A stretch of DNA of 12,779 nucleotides from an uncultured Candidatus Saccharibacteria bacterium (GTDB lineage: Bacteria; Patescibacteriota; Dojkabacteria; JAHIVN01): NCBI GenBank assembly GCA_964572065.1, contig CAZNER010000036.1:7289-20067 (forward strand), in the 5' to 3' direction. Below are positions 1-7,535 of the stretch, piece after piece. Position 1 is the stretch's first letter, and every line of letters starts with the position of its first letter. A program made the position numbers and the translations under genes. The notes under the pieces are model-generated. The model searched no databases, had not been told where the DNA came from, and saw only the letters and a program-made list of their open reading frames with translations.

Positions 1-28
1 TGGTCCCCAATATTTTTTAATATCCTCT

Positions 29-439
29 TTAGTAGTCTGAATCTTTGACATTTCCTATCTTCCTTACCTTTATCTTGGGTTCGTCTTCATATAAGTCTAC
101 TGACCATATCTCTCTTTTCCCATCTTTACTTTCATTTACAATATACTCATAGTTTTCACTAAAATGAACATCATCTTCATCTAACAATAATGTATCGTGA
201 TATCTCTTTTCTAATTCCTCACAAATCATTTTATATCTTTGTTGTATTTCTTTATACTCTTCAAAATTCTTTGGATTATTTAAATCATGATCCAACTGAT
301 AATCCCATAAGTCTCTCTCATATTTAGTCTTTAAGAATCTAAGCCCTGACATATCAGTATCACTTAGAAATACATCATATGCTGGTTGACTTTTCCAGGA
401 TTTGGAGCGGATGTTTTCTCTTGTAGTTTCACTCGACAT
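29..439 (-). CDS. hypothetical protein (136 aa, acidic)
   Basis: Complete ORF ATG..TAA. AGAGGA lies 9 nt upstream of the ATG at 439. No recognisable motifs. Confidence 0.55.
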   Translation of the reverse strand: MSSETTRENIRSKSWKSQPAYDVFLSDTDMSGLRFLKTKYERDLWDYQLDHDLNNPKNFEEYKEIQQRYKMICEELEKRYHDTLLLDEDDVHFSENYEYIVNESKDGKREIWSVDLYEDEPKIKVRKIGNVKDSDY

Positions 440-525
440 TTATAGAATCCTCTTCTCTCCATTTACTATTACATATTACCGAAAGGTTTATATAGTTTGT
501 GGTTGATATACATAAAAATATATCT
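440..525 (-). promoter_or_regulatory. 86-bp AT-rich intergenic gap, a possible promoter/RBS region for the 29..439 gene
   Basis: One of very few non-coding gaps in the window. On the minus strand it contains TTGAAG and several TATA-like hexamers, but no clean -35/17 nt/-10 arrangement could be fixed by eye. Confidence 0.2.
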
Positions 526-852
526 TCAATATAAGAAATCTCCAAGTCGAGTGTCATCCTTATCTGAATCCCAATTTAATCTTTTTCTATCTAGTGCCAT
601 TTTTGTAGCAGGAGATACTTTTATGGGTTTCACAGTATAGTTTGTTTTAGCATCTACATCAGTTACATATTCAATATACAATATTGATTCATGAGGTATA
701 AAATAATTATAATGACTTTCTTCATCTTCATCATTTACTATTATACCATTGTCTTCTGATGATACAATTACTCCTTCTATACTATCATCATTAGTTAGAA
801 ATATCTCTACGTATTTATTCATAAATTCCTTTGATTTATTAATTTTCATCAT
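526..852 (-). CDS. hypothetical protein (108 aa)
   Basis: Complete ORF starting with an ATGATG double start (MMKINK). The run of alternating hydrophobic residues and G/D (VEIFLTNDDSIEGVIVSSEDNGIIVND) is vaguely Sm-like. No firm call. Confidence 0.55.
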   Translation of the reverse strand: MMKINKSKEFMNKYVEIFLTNDDSIEGVIVSSEDNGIIVNDEDEESHYNYFIPHESILYIEYVTDVDAKTNYTVKPIKVSPATKMALDRKRLNWDSDKDDTRLGDFLY

Positions 853-991
853 CTACACCATATCCTTTTAATTCACATACAATAGAGTTAAGTTTCTTTT
901 TACTACTCCATCCAAGAGCATCTACAAATATATTCATTTGTTCTTCTGGATATATCTGTATGTGATTCTCATTTATTCTTATAACTTTCAT
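839..991 (-). CDS. small hypothetical protein (50 aa), found by hand
   Basis: ATG at 991-989 is preceded by AAGGTG 7 nt upstream. Translation is MKVIRINENHIQIYPEEQMNIFVDALGWSSKKKLNSIVCELKGYGVDDEN*. The stop overlaps the start of the 526..852 gene. The ORF is below the ORF-track size cutoff. Confidence 0.35.
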   Translation of the reverse strand: MKVIRINENHIQIYPEEQMNIFVDALGWSSKKKLNSIVCELKGYGVDDEN

Positions 992-1002
992 ATTAACACC
1001 TT

Positions 1003-1033
1003 AAAGAGAAAGGGTTTATAGCCCTTTTCTCTT
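1003..1033. other. imperfect inverted repeat (stem-loop) spanning the stop codon of the flotillin-like gene
   Basis: aagagaaaggg-tttata-gcccttttctctt forms a stem of about 11 bp with one bulge. On the plus strand it is followed by a T-rich run. On the minus strand, where the genes actually lie, it is followed by UAAGGUG, which is not U-rich. Terminator function is therefore doubtful. Confidence 0.3.
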
Positions 1034-2560
1034 ATTTTTATTTACTTTTCTCTGCATCTGTTCTATCTTATCTTTAGTTGTCTCTAGCTCTTTCATTTTT
1101 TCTATTTGAGTTTTCTCTTTCTTGGGTTGTTCCTTTGGTTTAGATTTGCTCTTTGGTTTTCTAGTTGGTTTGGGTTGCTCTTCTTGCATCTCCTTACCAA
1201 TTGATAACCCCTCAACAAATCCTAAATCGTTAGGCTTTGCTTTATTATGTAAGATAGCTTGTGCTGTATCAGGTGAACTCACATTAATACCCTCTATAAG
1301 TTTTCCCATATCAAAACCATCTCTAGCTCCATTACCTGCAAACACTCTCATGTCAGCATATTGTAGAGCCTCTGCTAAAGCTTTACCAACTTCAAGATCT
1401 TTGTTGACTAACAATTCAGCTATTAATGCTCTAATTGCATTATCATCAAATTTATTAAGAGCTTCTTGTAAGTCTTCTTTACCCTCTGCTTCTGCTTGGA
1501 GCTTCTTCAAGATAATCTCAGCTTCTGCTGTACCTGTTTCTCTTATGGGTGCAGCTTTTCCTATAGCTTTTTCTTGCTCTCTGATTTTATCTCCTTCTCC
1601 TTCTAGACGTTTTTGTTCTTTATTAATTGCTTCAACATCCTTTCTCTGTTCAGCATTTATTTTAGCTACAACTTTTTGTTGCTCCGCTAAAACTCTAGCT
1701 TTTTCTTTCTCAATCTCTTGGTTTTTAACTTTATCTACTTTAGTTACCTCAAGTTGTTCTGCTAGAGCAGCTTTTTCTTTCTCTGCTATGAGCTTATCTT
1801 TCTGTTGTTGTCTCTTAGCTACTTCTTCATCTCTTTCTATCTCTCGTTTTTGAGCAGATTCATCAGCTATTGCTTCCTTTAATCGAGCCATTTTCTTTTG
1901 CTCTGCATTTTTCTGTCTAGCTTCAGAGTTAATCTGTTCTTCTATAATTGAAGAAATATCAGATATAACATGAGATTCTTCTGTGTCCTTAAATTCAACC
2001 AATTCAATATCCTTGAGAACTAATCCCCAGTTGGTTATTGCTGACTGTAGAGGTTCTATGATTTCTTTAATGATTCCTTCTCGATCATTAATAATCTCTC
2101 TTACAGTTTTCTTGGTTGTTGAATCCCTAGTTGTTGCCTGAACAACTTTAGATACTTGCTCTGATAGTTCTTTCATGTCACCATTAAATCTTCGTGCAGC
2201 AACTACAGGATCTGTAATAGCTACATAAGCCATGATGTCACATAAGAACCTAGCTCTGTCTATATCAAATGCTTTGAAATCTGTAACATCTATTGGTAAG
2301 ATTTCCAGAGGCATTGGATGTACATGCATACCTATTCCAGGTATAAATCCAGGAATTTTAAAGTATGCGGCTTTTCCACCTGAAGAGTATTCTCCTTCAC
2401 CACTATGTTTTTTGTCTGAGCAAAATACTCTTGTCTTTCTACTTTGTACCACTACGTCAGCATAATTTGCTGGTGCAATCTTATACATACTAAATAAGAT
2501 TAATAAAAAACCAGCTATTATGGCAACAATTAATAGTGGCCATATTAGTATTTCTATCAT
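1016..2560 (-). CDS. flotillin-like SPFH/band-7 domain membrane protein (YqiK/FloT-like), 514 aa
   Basis: An N-terminal TM helix (IWPLLIVAIIAGFLLILFSMY) is followed by an SPFH-like core. After that comes a long region of E/A/K/Q heptad coiled coil (AEQKK..AKRQQQKDKLIAEKEKAALAEQ..) typical of flotillins. Next is a glycine-rich MRVFAGNGARDGFDMGKL segment, and the protein ends in a lysine-rich basic tail. Confidence 0.85.
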   Translation of the reverse strand: MIEILIWPLLIVAIIAGFLLILFSMYKIAPANYADVVVQSRKTRVFCSDKKHSGEGEYSSGGKAAYFKIPGFIPGIGMHVHPMPLEILPIDVTDFKAFDIDRARFLCDIMAYVAITDPVVAARRFNGDMKELSEQVSKVVQATTRDSTTKKTVREIINDREGIIKEIIEPLQSAITNWGLVLKDIELVEFKDTEESHVISDISSIIEEQINSEARQKNAEQKKMARLKEAIADESAQKREIERDEEVAKRQQQKDKLIAEKEKAALAEQLEVTKVDKVKNQEIEKEKARVLAEQQKVVAKINAEQRKDVEAINKEQKRLEGEGDKIREQEKAIGKAAPIRETGTAEAEIILKKLQAEAEGKEDLQEALNKFDDNAIRALIAELLVNKDLEVGKALAEALQYADMRVFAGNGARDGFDMGKLIEGINVSSPDTAQAILHNKAKPNDLGFVEGLSIGKEMQEEQPKPTRKPKSKSKPKEQPKKEKTQIEKMKELETTKDKIEQMQRKVNKNKRKGL

Positions 2561-2585
2561 TTTTTCTTTCTCCTATATTTTTTTT

Positions 2586-2813
2586 TTATTCTTTTTCTCT
2601 TGCACTTAATCTTATAGAACCATCATATATTTTGTTGGTTACCATTTGATTAAGTATTTTGGTTATAAGTCCATCTTCAGTTTTGACATATATATTCTTA
2701 CCATTGTCGATGTCCTTATATGCTTGCTCCATGTCTTCAATCGACTTGAAGACTATTTTATCTCCAGCTGTCTTCTCACCGAGAGACAACTCTTCTACAC
2801 TATATACTTCCAT
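2586..2813 (-). CDS. hypothetical protein (75 aa)
   Basis: Complete ORF immediately 5' of the flotillin-like gene. AGGAGAAA lies upstream of the flotillin start. No motifs. Confidence 0.5.
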   Translation of the reverse strand: MEVYSVEELSLGEKTAGDKIVFKSIEDMEQAYKDIDNGKNIYVKTEDGLITKILNQMVTNKIYDGSIRLSAREKE

Positions 2814-2815
2814 AA

Positions 2816-3022
2816 TTAATTTCTCCTTTTACCTGTTATTACATTTATTACTTCTATTGGTTTTTCCTTCATATATACATTACAATCATTCTTTAAACGT
2901 ATATTTGTTTTATTTCCAGATTTATTATTATATGTATAATTCTCTATAGACACTATATAGTTTATATTAATTATATCACTGTCTTCATTCTCTGTTATTA
3001 AAAAGTTCTTTACTTTCTTCAT
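2816..3022 (-). CDS. hypothetical protein (68 aa)
   Basis: Complete ORF. Its stop lies 2 nt upstream of the next start. Confidence 0.45.
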   Translation of the reverse strand: MKKVKNFLITENEDSDIININYIVSIENYTYNNKSGNKTNIRLKNDCNVYMKEKPIEVINVITGKRRN

Positions 3023-3035
3023 AAGATTTTCACTC

Positions 3036-3431
3036 CTATAAATCCCTTATCATTTTTGATTCTAATACGAAATCGTAATCCTTAGTAATATTTAATTCAA
3101 ATATGAACCTATCATCTTCATAAGATTGAACATTCTTTAATCTTTCTAGAATGATATTACAATCAAAGTCTTTTAAGTTCCCATAGTAAGATGCTCGGTA
3201 TCTAGTTCCATATTGATCAACTACATATTTGAATTTCATACCATCACACATTTGTAATACTTGTTGGACAAATGGATAGTATACATCTATTGAGCCTTTA
3301 TATATATTAAAGTGTATACCACCTAGAGTTTTACCATCATCTGTTTTAAATACACTACCCCATATAGTTACTTGATATTCTTCATTCTCTTGTTTATCAG
3401 TTAATCTTATCTCTCCAACTTTCTTTCTCAT
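3036..3431 (-). CDS. hypothetical protein (131 aa)
   Basis: Complete ORF, tightly packed against its neighbours. Confidence 0.6.
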   Translation of the reverse strand: MRKKVGEIRLTDKQENEEYQVTIWGSVFKTDDGKTLGGIHFNIYKGSIDVYYPFVQQVLQMCDGMKFKYVVDQYGTRYRASYYGNLKDFDCNIILERLKNVQSYEDDRFIFELNITKDYDFVLESKMIRDL

Positions 3432-3432
3432 A

Positions 3433-3765
3433 TTATAATCCTTCTATAAAGAAATCCTCATTATAATTCTCGATTATTCCCTTCATTATTTTAAAATGAT
3501 TTAGATAACAAGATTTATGTATAGCAAATACTTGAGGTAAAGTTATTATTTCTCCTTCATTATTTTTATCAGGCATTACTACTCTTAATATAAATGATAA
3601 ATTAGTTTCATCTGACATAACATCTTCAATTGTCATTAATTCTCCACAGATACCACAATATCTTTCATATCCTTCATCAGTTTTAATTTTATTTGCTCGT
3701 ATTATTTCAGGAAAATTCTGTCGTATACATGTATTTTTATTATATCCCTTTTTATTTATTTTCAT
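3433..3765 (-). CDS. hypothetical protein (110 aa), possible distant member of the small-paralog array
   Basis: Its N-terminus MKINKKGY and first 25 nt or so (ATGAAAATAAATAAAAAGGGATAT) resemble the MKFKKGDY starts of the array genes. The start overlaps the upstream stop as ATGA. An internal CGICGE motif is present. Confidence 0.6.
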   Translation of the reverse strand: MKINKKGYNKNTCIRQNFPEIIRANKIKTDEGYERYCGICGELMTIEDVMSDETNLSFILRVVMPDKNNEGEIITLPQVFAIHKSCYLNHFKIMKGIIENYNEDFFIEGL

Positions 3766-4058
3766 AGCATATCCAACATAAGCTCTTCTAGTTCCTCTTC
3801 AGGAACTTTTTCATCTAACATAAAAGCTTCAGGTCTAAACTCTTCTCCAAATACCATAAAATCTATATCCTTTTCTCCAGGAAATTTTTTACTCAAACCA
3901 ACATTTAAATATTTAACGGTTGCTGTTCTATATACACCATCTTCATATATAGTTGGTCTATTATAATTGTAATTTAATATGATATAATATAAAGCCTCAT
4001 GTTTATGATTTCTATCATATCTTCTTCTAATCTCACCAACTTTAGGCCAGTCTCTCAT
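3762..4058 (-). CDS. hypothetical protein (98 aa), array-related C-terminus
   Basis: Ends in EEELEELMLDML, which is related to the EEAMVELL ends of the array genes. ATGA overlaps are present at both ends. Confidence 0.6.
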   Translation of the reverse strand: MRDWPKVGEIRRRYDRNHKHEALYYIILNYNYNRPTIYEDGVYRTATVKYLNVGLSKKFPGEKDIDFMVFGEEFRPEAFMLDEKVPEEELEELMLDML

Positions 4059-4273
4059 AATAACTCTACCATAGCTTCTTCCTTTGTTATTTTCTCAAGA
4101 TTCCAATGTGTTTGTTTAAGAGCAGAATAATGTGAACCTTCATAACCATTTTCAGAAAATAATATTTCTATTTCATAATCTTCTCCTTTCTGTTCCACTA
4201 CTTTAACAATTTCAACTACATTTTTATACTCTTTACTAGTAGCTTTTATATAATCTCCAACTTGAAACTTCAT
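4055..4273 (-). CDS. small paralog-family protein A (72 aa)
   Basis: Starts MKFQVGDY and ends KEEAMVELL. ATGA overlaps are present at both ends. Confidence 0.65.
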   Translation of the reverse strand: MKFQVGDYIKATSKEYKNVVEIVKVVEQKGEDYEIEILFSENGYEGSHYSALKQTHWNLEKITKEEAMVELL

Positions 4274-4524
4274 AATAATTCCACCATAGCTTCATCTAAT
4301 GATATTATTTCTGATTCCTTTTCCATTGGACTATTAACCTGAAAATTATCTTCAATACATTCTTTATTATGAGTATAATTTAATTTCCTATATAAATAAA
4401 AGGGTTTCTTAGAAAGTTGCTTTAATTGGAAAGGACTTCTATATATGTCTTTTGGGCTAACTACATCAAATATATATCCAACTAGTTCGTGACATCTAAA
4501 GTAATCTCCCTTTTTAAATTTCAT
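4270..4524 (-). CDS. small paralog-family protein B (84 aa)
   Basis: Starts MKFKKGDY and ends DEAMVELL. Its SD (GGTGGA) lies inside the upstream C-terminal codons. Confidence 0.65.
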   Translation of the reverse strand: MKFKKGDYFRCHELVGYIFDVVSPKDIYRSPFQLKQLSKKPFYLYRKLNYTHNKECIEDNFQVNSPMEKESEIISLDEAMVELL

Positions 4525-4664
4525 AACTCCTCAACCATTACTTCATCATCATCCATTTCCTCTAAATACATACCCTTATTCTCATAATATTTAATTCTAT
4601 AATATTTACTGTTAACAATTACTATATCATTTTCTCTACCAATAATAGTCCCATTTCTATACAT
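4521..4664 (-). CDS. truncated paralog-family member C' (47 aa), found by hand
   Basis: Translation is MYRNGTIIGRENDIVIVNSKYYRIKYYENKGMYLEEMDDDEVMVEEL*. The start overlaps the upstream stop as TAATG, and the stop overlaps the downstream start as ATGA. It keeps the C-terminal motif but lacks the N-terminal GDY module. Confidence 0.4.
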   Translation of the reverse strand: MYRNGTIIGRENDIVIVNSKYYRIKYYENKGMYLEEMDDDEVMVEEL

Positions 4665-4885
4665 TATAATAATTCCACCATTAATTCATCCTTAGTTAAT
4701 TTTTCAACTTGTTCTTCCCAACAATGTATTTGGATATATTTATTATATATTGGAGCTAATATTAATTGATCAGGTAATACATCTTTACATATAATTTCAC
4801 ATATAGTTCCCTTTTTAACTGTTACATTATCTCTTATATTAGCTACTGAATATTTTAATCTTCTATATTTATTTATATCCTTCAT
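4664..4885 (-). CDS. small paralog-family protein D (73 aa)
   Basis: Ends KDELMVELL. The N-terminus is divergent (MKDINKYRR). Confidence 0.6.
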   Translation of the reverse strand: MKDINKYRRLKYSVANIRDNVTVKKGTICEIICKDVLPDQLILAPIYNKYIQIHCWEEQVEKLTKDELMVELL

Positions 4886-5124
4886 AGTAATCCTATCATA
4901 ACTTCATCCTTAGTAACTAATTTAACTTTCTCCTTGCTTGGTTCATAGAAACAAAAATCTTGTCTATAAACATTAGATATATTAAGGTGCTTACATATAT
5001 ACATCTTATAACCATATCTTTTATAAATAATATTTTCAACTATAACAAATAACCTTTTACCTATTTCACTTTGAAATCCATCCATATCTATAATCTCTAA
5101 ATAATCTCCAACTTTATACTTCAA
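4882..5124 (-). CDS. small paralog-family protein E (80 aa), apparent TTG start
   Basis: Starts with TTG-AAG-TAT (read as MKYKVGDY) and ends KDEVMIGLL. The TTG overlaps the upstream TGA as TTGA, a degenerate form of the ATGA junction. Confidence 0.55.
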   Translation of the reverse strand: MKYKVGDYLEIIDMDGFQSEIGKRLFVIVENIIYKRYGYKMYICKHLNISNVYRQDFCFYEPSKEKVKLVTKDEVMIGLL

Positions 5125-5348
5125 AGTAACTCCACCATAGCCTCCTCTTTACTTAGTTTCTTTAAACCTCTATTATCATATATCTCTACAGATCCTGATG
5201 CTTCACCAGTTATATATAATACAGTATAAGGATATTCATGGTTATGAACTATCTCCTTTATTATACCTATATTACCTATTTGATTTTTTAGATATACATA
5301 ATCGTAATGTTTAACTATTTTTACGTAATCTCCCTTTTTAAATTTCAT
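5121..5348 (-). CDS. small paralog-family protein F (75 aa)
   Basis: Starts MKFKKGDYVKIVK and ends KEEAMVELL. Confidence 0.65.
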   Translation of the reverse strand: MKFKKGDYVKIVKHYDYVYLKNQIGNIGIIKEIVHNHEYPYTVLYITGEASGSVEIYDNRGLKKLSKEEAMVELL

Positions 5349-5506
5349 AATAAATATACCATCAATTCATCTTCGTTTAATGGACCTATTATATCTAGTT
5401 CTAATACAGCATCAGGACTAACTACTATTTTGTAACCATGTATTTTATCATCGTATTTCTTAACATACATACCTATAGCATCCATATAAGGTAAATCTTG
5501 ATACAT
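5345..5506 (-). CDS. truncated paralog-family member G' (53 aa), found by hand
   Basis: Translation is MYQDLPYMDAIGMYVKKYDDKIHGYKIVVSPDAVLELDIIGPLNEDELMVYLL*. Its stop overlaps the ATG of the 5121..5348 gene as ATGA. It is the first gene of the array, after a 79-bp gap. Confidence 0.4.
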   Translation of the reverse strand: MYQDLPYMDAIGMYVKKYDDKIHGYKIVVSPDAVLELDIIGPLNEDELMVYLL

Positions 5507-5585
5507 AGTTAATTTAAATACCCCTATACCATCAGAATAATACCATTCATCTTAATCTAAATTTGATAATATATTTAGAGATTTA

Positions 5586-6179
5586 TTAATGTATTTTAAA
5601 TTTGATGTCTCCTTTTCCTTCATAACACCACATACAATCATTACATTTTATAGAATTACCCTTACCCTTAGTACATTCTCTAATCTTTGAGACATCATCT
5701 TTATGATTACCTATCTTATTTTTACCATCATCTATTACATAAGCTTTTAATCCCGTTTCAGGTACACCCTTACTATCTGGCCATATTGTCCAATACCTTA
5801 CTGTATTATCAGGTAAATTGCTCCAGTCTAAATCATACATCTGAGTATATATTAAGAACTTCTTTTCAGGAAATTTATTACATATCTTTATCCACTTATT
5901 AAGATACTCTTGACTATAGAAATCTCCTGATTCATGTATCCTTATATATTCAGATTTAATTTTGCTTATCTTCTCTGTAGCTTTTTTAACAAATGATTTC
6001 TTTTTAGTATCTTCATAGTTTCTTCTTCTACTAGGTAATACTTGCTTATAACACATCTCAGCTTTTTTAGCGTAACAATATTTCTCACAGTTATCAGTTC
6101 TACCAGGACAAGTTTGAACTGCTGGTAAACTGAATGTTGGGATATTCATTCTTATATTGCCAGGACTTATATATACCAT
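5586..6179 (-). CDS. Cys-rich hypothetical protein (197 aa), possible metal/Fe-S binding
   Basis: The N-terminus carries a C-x6-C-x3-C-Y-A cluster (TCPGRTDNCEKYCYAKK), and the C-terminus carries a second cluster (C..CNDCMWC). An RIHESGDF segment is also present. There is a weak resemblance to the three-Cys N-terminal motif of phage Gp37/Gp68 (DUF5131)-type proteins. This is not confirmable without a search. Confidence 0.6.
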   Translation of the reverse strand: MVYISPGNIRMNIPTFSLPAVQTCPGRTDNCEKYCYAKKAEMCYKQVLPSRRRNYEDTKKKSFVKKATEKISKIKSEYIRIHESGDFYSQEYLNKWIKICNKFPEKKFLIYTQMYDLDWSNLPDNTVRYWTIWPDSKGVPETGLKAYVIDDGKNKIGNHKDDVSKIRECTKGKGNSIKCNDCMWCYEGKGDIKFKIH

Positions 6180-6185
6180 ATAATA

Positions 6186-6317
6186 TTACTCCTCATATTC
6201 ATTCATTTCCTTTACTAACTTTTTACATTTCTCACTAACTACCTGAGATAATGCAAGGAATTCAATTGGTTTTAATTCTTCTATTATCTCATTCCAATAG
6301 TGTTTATTCCTTTTCAT
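6186..6317 (-). CDS. possible small ORF (43 aa), found by hand
   Basis: Translation is MKRNKHYWNEIIEELKPIEFLALSQVVSEKCKKLVKEMNEYEE*. It fills the gap between the 6304..6633 and 5586..6179 genes, and its start is nested in the last codons of the upstream gene. Confidence 0.2.
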   Translation of the reverse strand: MKRNKHYWNEIIEELKPIEFLALSQVVSEKCKKLVKEMNEYEE

Positions 6318-6633
6318 TATGTATTCCCTCCATCATATCTAATTCTGCTTTACCTTGCATTACTATAAGGAAAACTTTAAGATACAAATCTAATTTAACT
6401 TTATATTTCTTATGAACCTTTTCTATTATCTTAATATAATCTGGTTCTATCCCTCTATGTATTAAACTATCAGCTCTCTTCTTTACTTCTTCTATTAAAA
6501 GTTTATCATAATTCATTACATCATTCTGTAATTTCTCTATAGCTGAAGGCATATCATCGTAGTTAAGTAATTGTTTAACTTTCTTATTAGTATCTCTAAT
6601 TATATTATTTTTATCCTTCATACTAACTACCAT
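6304..6633 (-). CDS. hypothetical protein (109 aa)
   Basis: Complete ORF. A second in-frame ATG at 6621 lies just after the upstream stop. Confidence 0.55.
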   Translation of the reverse strand: MVVSMKDKNNIIRDTNKKVKQLLNYDDMPSAIEKLQNDVMNYDKLLIEEVKKRADSLIHRGIEPDYIKIIEKVHKKYKVKLDLYLKVFLIVMQGKAELDMMEGIHNEKE

Positions 6634-6814
6634 CTCTTATTATACCTGATATCAATTCTAATTCTACATTCTTCTTTTTAGCATAACAAATCCAGCAAAG
6701 AAAGTAATTATATGGATATGGACAACCATTAACTATCTTTTCTCCATCACATTTTATATTAAACCATTCATCTGATATTCTCCCACATTCTTTGCATTTG
6801 GTTAAATTAATCAT
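6623..6814 (-). CDS. small zinc-ribbon-like protein (63 aa)
   Basis: Contains CKEC ... CDGEKIVNGC ... CWIC cysteine pairs. Confidence 0.5.
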   Translation of the reverse strand: MINLTKCKECGRISDEWFNIKCDGEKIVNGCPYPYNYFLCWICYAKKKNVELELISGIIRDGS

Positions 6815-6825
6815 TCCATCACTTT

Positions 6826-7008
6826 TTATATATCCTTATACTCACTACCATGTTCTATTATTTCTATCTTTGTTTCTCTATAAACTTTCTCTAACCATAC
6901 ACAACCACAATCATTACAATAAAAGTCTGTATCTACAGAGTCATCACAATAATTGTCTTCTGTATCATTGTAGTCAGTATCCATACTACCGCATTCAGGA
7001 CATTCCAT
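6826..7008 (-). CDS. small zinc-ribbon-like protein (60 aa)
   Basis: Contains CPEC ... CNDCGC. It is preceded by TGGGTGATTTAAATG, which serves as both SD and start. Confidence 0.5.
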   Translation of the reverse strand: MECPECGSMDTDYNDTEDNYCDDSVDTDFYCNDCGCVWLEKVYRETKIEIIEHGSEYKDI

Positions 7009-7146
7009 TTAAATCACCCACAATTCAATTGCTACCCAAATTAATATAGTTGCTAATACAACACCTGCTAACACAAATGCTCCTTTCATGTTTGTTTCTC
7101 TTAATTCTTCAAGTTCTTCTATGGACATATCCCATTTGGATTTCAT
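7009..7146 (-). CDS. small single-TM membrane peptide (45 aa), found by hand
   Basis: Translation is MKSKWDMSIEELEELRETNMKGAFVLAGVVLATILIWVAIELWVI*. AGGGTGATTTAAAAATG provides the SD and start. Its stop TAA abuts the next ATG as TAAATG. Confidence 0.4.
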   Translation of the reverse strand: MKSKWDMSIEELEELRETNMKGAFVLAGVVLATILIWVAIELWVI

Positions 7147-7153
7147 TTTTAAA

Positions 7154-7534
7154 TCACCCTAATATTTTCTCTATTAAATTTAGTCTTTTAATTGGTTTTA
7201 AATCTCTAGCAAACGCTACTTTACTTGATTCCTTTATTAAACAGTCATATTTCTTCATGGGGATAACCTTTATATTAACTGATCTATCTACAAAACATAT
7301 TTTTCCATTACTTATATTAGATTGCATTTTATATTTACCATTCTCTTGTTTAACTTTATTGAAATATAATACCTCTCTCTTATGTTTATTTGTTAATCCA
7401 TCATGAACTTCCTTATGACATTTATCACATAGGGGTATTAATTTATTCTTCAAAGGTTTCAAATGTTTAGGTATTGCATGATGTTTCTGTACCTTATTTT
7501 CACTACCACATCTCCAACATTTAGCTTTAACCAT
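7154..7534 (-). CDS. HNH endonuclease (126 aa)
   Basis: The N-terminal CWRCGS ... HHAIPKH ... N ... LCDKCHKEVH forms a canonical HNH/zinc motif. Confidence 0.8.
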   Translation of the reverse strand: MVKAKCWRCGSENKVQKHHAIPKHLKPLKNKLIPLCDKCHKEVHDGLTNKHKREVLYFNKVKQENGKYKMQSNISNGKICFVDRSVNIKVIPMKKYDCLIKESSKVAFARDLKPIKRLNLIEKILG

Positions 7535-7535
7535 T

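Larger units (their letters stand above)
3433..5506 (-). repeat. tandem array of small paralogous genes with conserved intercistronic junctions
   Basis: Eight or more consecutive ORFs share N-terminal MK(F/Y)K(K/V)GDY and C-terminal (D/E)E(A/L/V)M(V/I)ELL motifs. The junction sequence of about 25 nt, GA(A/T)G..ATGGTGGA(A/G)TTATTATGAAATTTAAAAAGGGAGATTA, recurs at about 4055, 4270, 4521, 4664, 4882, 5121 and 5345. Confidence 0.6.

Noticed and set aside
1003-1033. Stem-loop as a rho-independent terminator for the flotillin-like gene
   Set aside because: The U-run is on the wrong side for minus-strand transcription. The hairpin overlaps the stop codon and the next gene's RBS follows immediately. 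It is kept only as a low-confidence structure.
1122-1853. 243-aa plus-strand ORF in the track
   Set aside because: It is antisense to the coiled-coil region of the flotillin-like gene. Its S/L/F-rich low-complexity translation is the mirror image of E/K/A repeats, and it has no RBS.
2232-2465. 77-aa plus-strand ORF
   Set aside because: It lies antisense inside the flotillin-like gene, and all other genes are on the minus strand.
2659-2949. 96-aa plus-strand ORF
   Set aside because: It is antisense to two minus-strand genes and has a low-complexity LLLHLLLLL translation.
5687-5902. 71-aa plus-strand ORF
   Set aside because: It is antisense within the Cys-rich gene and has a H/Y/L-rich low-complexity translation.
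6792-7406. Two plus-strand ORFs (6792-7049 and 7050-7406)
   Set aside because: They are antisense to the zinc-ribbon, TM-peptide and HNH genes, are hydrophobic low-complexity sequences, and have no SD.
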